Shown here in pieces: positions 57,958-64,000 of a stretch of 64,000 nt of DNA. The notes under the pieces are model-generated. The model did no database searches. It was not told the DNA's origin and saw nothing but the letters and a program-made list of their open reading frames with translations. Positions within the stretch are counted from its first letter, which is position 1. The number at the start of each line of letters is the position of its first letter. Origin of the DNA: Myxococcota bacterium (GTDB taxonomy: Bacteria > Myxococcota_A > UBA9160 > UBA4427); NCBI GenBank assembly GCA_036336835.1, contig JAYZFK010000062.1, forward strand, positions 160,001 through 224,000, read 5' to 3'. The position numbers and the translations under genes are program-made.

Positions 57958-59457
57958 ATGTCGAACTGGCTCTCGAAGCGGGAAATGGCCGAGGTCTCGC
58001 CCGCCGAGCTCGACGACTCGGGCTCTCCTATCCCCACGCGCGTGGTCTCGAACGGCGAGTTCAACCCCATGCCGCAGACCGCGGCGCAGAAGAGCGTCCA
58101 GGGGCAGATCGAGGCGCTCGCCGATCGCTTCGCGAAGCGAGCAGGCCTTGGGCGGCGCGAGTTCCTGAAGACCGCCTCGGGCATGGCGGCAGCCTTCCTG
58201 GCGATGAACGAGGTGCACGGCTGGATCTTTGATGTCGCGGCCGCCGAGGCGAGCGACTTCGACGCGGCCCGGGAACGAGCCGAGGGGCTCGCGGCCCAGC
58301 GCATCTTCGACGATCAGACGCACTTCAACCGTGACGACTTGCGCAACCCCGAGCCGATCGACGTCGGCAAGTTCGCTGCGAAGCACTGGAACCCGGGGAT
58401 GCTCGACGAGATGGGCATCATTCACGAGCGCTTCCAGTTCGAGAACTTCCTGAAGGAGGTCTATCTCGACAGCGATACCAACGTGGCGCTGCTGTCGACC
58501 GTGCCGTTCGAAGACCGGCCCTGGCTGCTCTCCAACGAGCAGATGGCGCTGTCGCGCGACCTGGTGAACGGGCTCGCCGGCTCGCGCCGTATGTTGATCC
58601 ACTCCGCATTCACGCCCGGAATCGATGGCTGGCTGGACGACGTTGACGAGGCGATCGAGCGGCTGAAGCCCGATTCATGGAAGGGCTACACGATCGGAGA
58701 TCCGCTCGCGCCGGCCAACTCGAAGCATCCCTGGCGAATGGACGATGAGAAACTCGTCTATCCCTTCTACCAGAAGATCCAGCAGGCCGGCATCACGACC
58801 GTCTGCGTGCACAAGGGGCTCGTACCGCGTGACTACGCGCAGAGCATGAAGAACGTCTGGCGACACGCGACCGTAGAGGACGTGGGGCGCGCGGCGGCAG
58901 ACTGGCCAGGGCTCGACTTCGTCATCTACCACTCGGGTCTGCGCCCGTTCGTCGAGATTCCGGACCTCGATGCCGCCGCGTTCGAGAAGACCGGATACAT
59001 CCAGTGGGTGAGCGATCTCGCGGAAATCCCGGAGAAGTTCGGAGTCAGCAATGTCTACGGTGAGGTCGGTACCTCGTTCGCCAACACCGTCGTCACGCAG
59101 CCGCGGCTATGCGCCGGCATGATGGGGACGCTGCTGAAGGGCCTGGGTTCCGACCATGTTCTCTGGGGCACCGACTCGACCTGGTACGGTTCCCCCCAGT
59201 GGCAGATCGAGGCCTTCCGGCGGCTCGAGATCCCCGAGGATCTCCGCGAGAGGCACGGCTTCGCTCCGCTCGGCGGCGCTACCAGCGCCACCAAGAGCGC
59301 AGTGTTCTGGGACAACGGGGCTCGCCTCTACGGCCTCGCTGGCGGTGGCACCGCGGGCCGGGTCGAGCCCGACTCGATCGACGAGATGCGCGCGAGCTAC
59401 CAGGCGGCGGGGCTGACGCGCAGCAACCTGCGCTACGGCTACGTCCATTCGGGATGA
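57958..59457 (+). CDS. Amidohydrolase family protein with internal Tat-like segment
   Basis: SPIPTRVVSNGEF, RREFLK, DDQTH, CVHKG, IYHS, WGTDS.WYGSPQWQIEA. Confidence 0.88.
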   Translation: MSNWLSKREMAEVSPAELDDSGSPIPTRVVSNGEFNPMPQTAAQKSVQGQIEALADRFAKRAGLGRREFLKTASGMAAAFLAMNEVHGWIFDVAAAEASDFDAARERAEGLAAQRIFDDQTHFNRDDLRNPEPIDVGKFAAKHWNPGMLDEMGIIHERFQFENFLKEVYLDSDTNVALLSTVPFEDRPWLLSNEQMALSRDLVNGLAGSRRMLIHSAFTPGIDGWLDDVDEAIERLKPDSWKGYTIGDPLAPANSKHPWRMDDEKLVYPFYQKIQQAGITTVCVHKGLVPRDYAQSMKNVWRHATVEDVGRAAADWPGLDFVIYHSGLRPFVEIPDLDAAAFEKTGYIQWVSDLAEIPEKFGVSNVYGEVGTSFANTVVTQPRLCAGMMGTLLKGLGSDHVLWGTDSTWYGSPQWQIEAFRRLEIPEDLRERHGFAPLGGATSATKSAVFWDNGARLYGLAGGGTAGRVEPDSIDEMRASYQAAGLTRSNLRYGYVHSG

Positions 59458-59568
59458 CCGGTCGCTCCCGCAACGGACGAACGATCGGCCCGATCTCCTT
59501 GTCGAGCAGGTTCGTTGCGGCGACCGCCCGGGACCAGCCCGGTCCTCCGCGAGCCTTGGGGCGCTGCC

Positions 59569-59600
59569 GGTCGGCGGTTCGATCCCGCTCGACTCCACCA
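59569..59600 (+). repeat. attR-like copy of the tRNA-Ala 3' end
   Basis: GGTCGGCGGTTCGATCCCGCTCGACTCCACCA, 31/32 identical to 52372-52403. Confidence 0.9.
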
Positions 59601-59738
59601 TTCGTTTCCCGAGGGAAGCAATCCGGGACCGGTCAGTGTCAGGCGGTGTCGATGACGTGGAACACCTGACCGGGGTGATGCGACCGAGCAAACTCCGGGA
59701 GGTGCAGCGGGTCACGGAACGCTTGGCGCGTTCTTGCT

Positions 59739-60788
59739 TCAGGCCGTCTCCTGCTGGATCAGCTCGACAGCGCGCCCGAGTGTGTCGAGCCGCTCGGTGG
59801 CGTTCGCTCCGTGAGGGTCGATACGGAAGACGTCGATGCCTACGGCGATGTACTTGCGCAGCTGAGCGCGCACGTGCGCCTCGTCGCCGATGAGCGAGAC
59901 TTCGCGGATCATCTCGTCGGGGACGGCGTGGATGGCTTCGTCCCGTTTGCCCTCGATCCAGAGCCGTTGCACGCGGATCGCCACCTCCTCGAAGCCGCCG
60001 CGCCTGTACGCGTTGTTGTAGAAGTTGGTCGTCGGTGAGCCCATCGCGCCGAGCATGAAAGCCATGCCGGGCTTCGCACGCTGGATGAGCGGCTCGGGGT
60101 CGTCGACGAAGGCGATGGCGCCACCTGCTGACAGGGTCAGCTCGCGGCGAGCGCGCCCGGCCTTTGCGAGCCCGCGATCGAGGTGCTCGAGGTGGGCTTC
60201 GGGGCACTCCGGCGTGAAACAGGCACCGAGCCAGCCATCGGCGAGCTCGCCCGTCAGCTCGAGGCCGCGCGGCGAGAGCGTCGCCAGCCAGATCGGCAGC
60301 TTCGAATTCGGCGGCTGCGCAAGACGAAGCGCCTTGCCCTCCCCTCCGGGCCGCGGCAGCACGTAGTGCTCGCCGTCGTACACGAGCTTTTCGCCGCGAC
60401 AGGCCATGCGCACGATCTCGATCACCTCACGCATGCGCGTCAGCGGCTTGTGGAACGCCTGACCCTGGAGGCCCTCGACCACCTGCGGACCGGAGGCGCC
60501 GAGGCCGAGCAGGAAGCGATCGCCCGAGAGCGCGGCCAGGCTGAGCGCGCTCATCGCCGTCATCGACGGCGTGCGAGCCGCGATCTGCATGATGCCGCTG
60601 CCGATTTCGATCCGTTCGGTACGCGCCGCGAGGAAGCCCGCGGTCGACACGGCGTCGAGCCCCCAGGCCTCGGCGGTCCAGGCCTGGTCGACACCGAGCT
60701 TCTCGGCTTCGACGACGAAGTCGACGGTCTTGTGGAAGTTGCGCTGCTGGCCGGAGTCGGCGCCGCCGGCGCCAATGGCGGTCTTCAT
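59739..60788 (-). CDS. Luciferase-like monooxygenase (LLM) family, probable F420-dependent oxidoreductase
   Basis: WTAEAWG.D, ARTP, LGLGASGPQVVEG, GELADGW. Confidence 0.88.
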   Translation of the reverse strand: MKTAIGAGGADSGQQRNFHKTVDFVVEAEKLGVDQAWTAEAWGLDAVSTAGFLAARTERIEIGSGIMQIAARTPSMTAMSALSLAALSGDRFLLGLGASGPQVVEGLQGQAFHKPLTRMREVIEIVRMACRGEKLVYDGEHYVLPRPGGEGKALRLAQPPNSKLPIWLATLSPRGLELTGELADGWLGACFTPECPEAHLEHLDRGLAKAGRARRELTLSAGGAIAFVDDPEPLIQRAKPGMAFMLGAMGSPTTNFYNNAYRRGGFEEVAIRVQRLWIEGKRDEAIHAVPDEMIREVSLIGDEAHVRAQLRKYIAVGIDVFRIDPHGANATERLDTLGRAVELIQQETA

Positions 60789-60899
60789 GCGGTCCAGCTT
60801 AGCCCGACGACGATGCGATGAGCGCAGAGCAGGCCGCGAGCCGCCGGCGCGGCACTCGCGCTCGTCGCGCAGCTCGCGACCGCCGCGCGCCGCCCGCTC

Positions 60900-61030
60900 T
60901 TGCTGCGACGCGTTGCTTGCAACGATCCCCGCCGGCTACGCCCGGGCGACGTGCTCGAGGCCTCGATCGCCACCGACGCTGGAGCGATCGACCTCGGCTG
61001 TCAGCGCAACCGGGTCGTCGACGGGCAGGG
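60900..61030 (+). pseudogene. C-terminal fragment resembling a fumarylacetoacetate-hydrolase-family protein
   Basis: LRPGDVLEASIATDAGAIDLGCQRNRVV with no N-terminal body. Confidence 0.45.
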
Positions 61031-61201
61031 CGGAGCACGCCGGGGGTGCTGGACCGGCCGCAGGGCTGATTCCCCAGCCGAGAGACTCAGTTTCCCAGAC
61101 TCTCGGGACCAGAGCTGGGCTCGGGGCTCCGCCTCGCTCGCTGCTCGAAACCCGGCGCGGCCTCGTCCATACTGCGTCCGGATTCTGGGGGCGCGCCGCG
61201 C

Positions 61202-61687
61202 ATGAAGCACATCGCCAGTCTGACTGCCGTGCTCGCTCTGCTGTGGCTCGGATGGTCGGGCCACTTCGAGCCCCTCACGCTCGCGCTCGGTGCGGGGTCA
61301 CTGTTCGTCGTGGTCGCGCTCTCGGTGCGGATGCAAGTCGTGGACGACGAGGGAGCGCCACTCGGACTGAGATGGGCGCGGCTCGCCGGCTACGTTGCGT
61401 GGCTCGCGTGGGAGATCGTCAAGGCGAACCTCGATGTCGCCCGGCGCATCCTGTCACCCGGCACACCACCGATCTCGCCCCGCATCATCCGCGTGAAGGC
61501 GTCCCAGGAATCGGAGCTGGCGCAGGTCATCTATGCGAACAGCATCACGCTGACCCCCGGAACCATCTCGATCGACGTCGAAGGAGGCGAGATCCTGGTG
61601 CATGCTCTCCACGAAGACGCTGCCTCTGGCGTCGAGGCAGGCGAGATGGACCGGCGATGTGCGCGTCTGGAGAGGAAGACTGCATGA
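61202..61687 (+). CDS. mrpE: Na+/H+ antiporter subunit E
   Basis: EIVKANLDVA, YANSITLTPGT, LVHAL. Confidence 0.93.
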   Translation: MKHIASLTAVLALLWLGWSGHFEPLTLALGAGSLFVVVALSVRMQVVDDEGAPLGLRWARLAGYVAWLAWEIVKANLDVARRILSPGTPPISPRIIRVKASQESELAQVIYANSITLTPGTISIDVEGGEILVHALHEDAASGVEAGEMDRRCARLERKTA

Positions 61688-61959
61688 AGGCCTACCTCGT
61701 CGTCGCTATCGCTGGAGTGCTGGTCACCATGGCCATGGCCCTCGTGCGCGCGGCGCGCGGGCCCTCCGTCTACGATCGGATCCTTGCGGTCAATTCGTTC
61801 GGCACCGTGACCGTGTTGTTCATCTCCGTGCTCGGTTTCCTGCTCGGGCGGCCCGATTTCCTCGATCTCGCGCTGCTCTACGCCCTGCTCAACTTCGTCG
61901 GAACGATCGCGATCTTGAAGTACTTCAAGTATGGCAACCTCGCCGCGGGAGAGGACTGA
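61684..61959 (+). CDS. mrpF: Na+/H+ antiporter subunit F
   Basis: GPSVYDRILAVN, LDLALLYALLNF. Confidence 0.93.
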   Translation: MKAYLVVAIAGVLVTMAMALVRAARGPSVYDRILAVNSFGTVTVLFISVLGFLLGRPDFLDLALLYALLNFVGTIAILKYFKYGNLAAGED

Positions 61960-61965
61960 AGGCGA

Positions 61966-62304
61966 GTGGACGCCATCCGCGAAGCCCTCAGCTGGCTGTT
62001 CATCGTACCCGGTGCCCTGCTCTGCGTGACTGGAGGGATCGGGCTGCTGCGGCTTCCGGATTTCTACGCTCGGATGCACGCCGCAGGAGTCACCGACACC
62101 CTCGGCACGGCCCTCGTCCTGGTCGGTCTGATGCTCCAGCCCGCAGACTGGACCGTCACCGTCAAGCTGGCCGTGATCCTGTTCTTCCTGTATGTGACGA
62201 GCCCGACCGCGGCCCATGCGCTGATCCACGCTGCCTATACCAGCGGCCACAGGCCCGAGTTCGCCAAGGACGCGCCGCTGCCCCGTGAGGTCGAGAGCCG
62301 ATGA
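61966..62304 (+). CDS. mrpG: Na+/H+ antiporter subunit G
   Basis: GLLRLPDFYARMHAA, TSPTAAHAL. Confidence 0.94.
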   Translation: MDAIREALSWLFIVPGALLCVTGGIGLLRLPDFYARMHAAGVTDTLGTALVLVGLMLQPADWTVTVKLAVILFFLYVTSPTAAHALIHAAYTSGHRPEFAKDAPLPREVESR

Positions 62305-62948
62305 TCGGCGAGCAGCTCATCGGGGTCATCCTGCTCGCACTGCTGGCCCTGACCGCGATCACGATCGCGCGGCTTCGAAACCTGCTCGCCACGGCCATGC
62401 TGTCGGGCATCTTCAGCCTGCTCGGTGCCTGCTGGATGCTGTTCCTCGACGCGCCCGACGTGGCCTTCACCGAGGCGGCCGTCGGTGCTGGTATCTCGAC
62501 CATTCTGATCCTGGCCACGCTATGCGTGGTGGGAGCAGACGAGAAGCAAGTCCAGGAGTCGCCACTCGCGCTGCTGGTCGTTCTCGTAGCCGGCGGCGTG
62601 CTCGTATACGGCACGCTCGACATGCCGCGCTTCGGGGACCCGAACGCACCCGCCCATCAGAGTCTCGTGACCCAGGCCTACCTCTACTCGGCCAACGCGC
62701 CGGCAGAGCACCGCGAGACTCAGCCCAGCCGGGACGCCCACGAGCTCGAGACATTCGCAGTCGGCATTCCCAACACCGTCACCACCGTGCTCGCCAGCTT
62801 TCGCGGCTACGACACGATGGGGGAGACCGCCGTGATCTTCACCGCGGGCCTGGGTGTGGTGGTGATTCTGGGCGGGGCGCGGCACCGGCGGTTCGAGCCC
62901 TCCGAAACGGTCGACATCACCCCCAGCGACGAGCGGCCCGAAGCATGA
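62301..62948 (+). CDS. Mrp B'-type subunit (DUF4040 / MrpA C-terminal-like)
   Basis: APDVAFTEAAVGAG, PNTVTTVLASFRGYDTMGE. Confidence 0.88.
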   Translation: MIGEQLIGVILLALLALTAITIARLRNLLATAMLSGIFSLLGACWMLFLDAPDVAFTEAAVGAGISTILILATLCVVGADEKQVQESPLALLVVLVAGGVLVYGTLDMPRFGDPNAPAHQSLVTQAYLYSANAPAEHRETQPSRDAHELETFAVGIPNTVTTVLASFRGYDTMGETAVIFTAGLGVVVILGGARHRRFEPSETVDITPSDERPEA

Positions 62949-63358
62949 AGAATCACGTCATCCTCCGCGTCGTCACCAAGCTGCTGATTCCCTACATCCT
63001 CCTCTACGCCTTCTACGTGCAGTGGCACGGTGACTACGGCCCCGGGGGTGGCTTCCAGGCCGGCGTCATCTTCGCTGCCGGCATCATCCTGTACGCGCTG
63101 GTCTTCGGCCTGCAGGCCGCCGAAGACGCGATCCACCCGCGCGTCGTGCACGCCGGAGTCGCTGCGGGCCTGTTGCTCTATCTCGCTGTGGGGGTCGTCG
63201 CGCTGCTGCTCGGTGGTAACTTCCTCGACTACGACGCGTTCGGCCATCACGGCCAGCACCACGGCATCCTGCTGGTCGAGACCGGTGTCTTCATCACCGT
63301 CGCGTCGGTCATGGTCACGATCTTCTACAGCTTTGCCGAGCTGGTCCGCAGCGACTGA
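62945..63358 (+). CDS. mrpB: Na+/H+ antiporter subunit B
   Basis: HGDYGPGGGFQAG. Confidence 0.92.
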   Translation: MKNHVILRVVTKLLIPYILLYAFYVQWHGDYGPGGGFQAGVIFAAGIILYALVFGLQAAEDAIHPRVVHAGVAAGLLLYLAVGVVALLLGGNFLDYDAFGHHGQHHGILLVETGVFITVASVMVTIFYSFAELVRSD

Positions 63359-63711
63359 TGGACGTTCTCGGCCTGTACAACTACTGGATCGTCATCGTGT
63401 TGATGATGACGGGCTTCTATGTCGTGATCGCACGGCGCAATCTGGTCAAGAAGTTGATTGGGCTCGCCGTCTTCCAGGTGTCGGTCTTCCTGCTGTACAT
63501 CAGCATCGGAGTCATCCGTGGCGGGACGGCACCGATCGTCGCCGAAGGCTACGCGGTCTACTCCAACCCGTTGCCCAGCGTGCTCATCCTCACCGCGATT
63601 GTGGTCGGGGTCGCGACGATGGCGGTCGGACTCGCGTTGGTGGTTCGCATCCAGGAGGAGTACGGCACGATCGAGGAAGACGAGATCCAGGCGCAGGATC
63701 CCGAGGCCTGA
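63358..63711 (+). CDS. mrpC: Na+/H+ antiporter subunit C
   Basis: NLVKKLIGL, NPLP..LILTAIVV. Confidence 0.94.
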   Translation: MDVLGLYNYWIVIVLMMTGFYVVIARRNLVKKLIGLAVFQVSVFLLYISIGVIRGGTAPIVAEGYAVYSNPLPSVLILTAIVVGVATMAVGLALVVRIQEEYGTIEEDEIQAQDPEA

Positions 63712-64000
63712 TGCTGGATCACTTCGCCGCGCTGCAGGTCGTCTTGCCGCTCCTCGCGAGCCCGCTCTGCGCTCTGATCCGCAACCGCCGAGCGGTTCAC
63801 GCCGTCTCTCTTCTCGTCACCTCGGCGACCTTTGCGATCGCGGTGCTGCTTGCCCTGCAGGTCGCCGACCGCGGCGCGTTCTCGTACGAGCTAGGGGGCT
63901 GGGCCGCTCCGATCGGCATCGAGTACCGCGTAGATGCCCTCACCGCGTTCGTCCTGCTGGTCGTATCGGGCATCGGTGCGTTGGTGATGTGGTATGCGCG
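63711..64000 (+). CDS. mrpD: Na+/H+ antiporter subunit D, truncated by the window end
   Basis: MLDHFAALQVVLPL..., YELGGWAAPIGIEYRVDAL. Confidence 0.88.
   Translation, partial: MLDHFAALQVVLPLLASPLCALIRNRRAVHAVSLLVTSATFAIAVLLALQVADRGAFSYELGGWAAPIGIEYRVDALTAFVLLVVSGIGALVMWYA

Noticed and set aside
59530..59600. Second tRNA gene
   Set aside because: Only the T-arm and acceptor 3' half are present; no D-arm or anticodon arm, so treated as an att repeat

Overview
High-GC bacterial window, most likely from a Myxococcota/deltaproteobacterial-type genome. This is inferred from the MXAN_5187-type gene, the parAB-bactofilin order, GTTCCACGTGGAAC parS sites and the split atp operon. The core is the replication-origin neighbourhood: atpEB-I-Z, hemL, gyrAB and dnaN on the minus strand, then rpmH-rnpA-yidD-yidC-jag-rsmG-parAB-bactofilin-atpF'FHAGDC on the plus strand. 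dnaA, recF and mnmE/mnmG are missing from their usual slots, and a GT-C-like membrane protein gene sits where dnaA normally lies. The flanks carry mfd, surA, uvrA, tmk, nagA, bioB, ispB, comEA, a BtuCDF-like transporter, eno, a REC-XRE regulator, a PfkB kinase, tRNA-Ala(CGC) and an mrpEFGB'BCD operon. Three observations stand out. (1) An unannotated structured RNA candidate of about 170 nt behind a near-consensus sigma54 promoter between tmk and atpE. (2) A ~7.2 kb integrase-less islet at tRNA-Ala with two P450s, an SDR, a 6-oxocamphor-hydrolase-like crotonase, and a KstR2-like repressor with two KstR2-type operators. (3) The dnaA-less origin locus. All calls come from reading the sequence and recalled family motifs; no database searches or folding programs were run.
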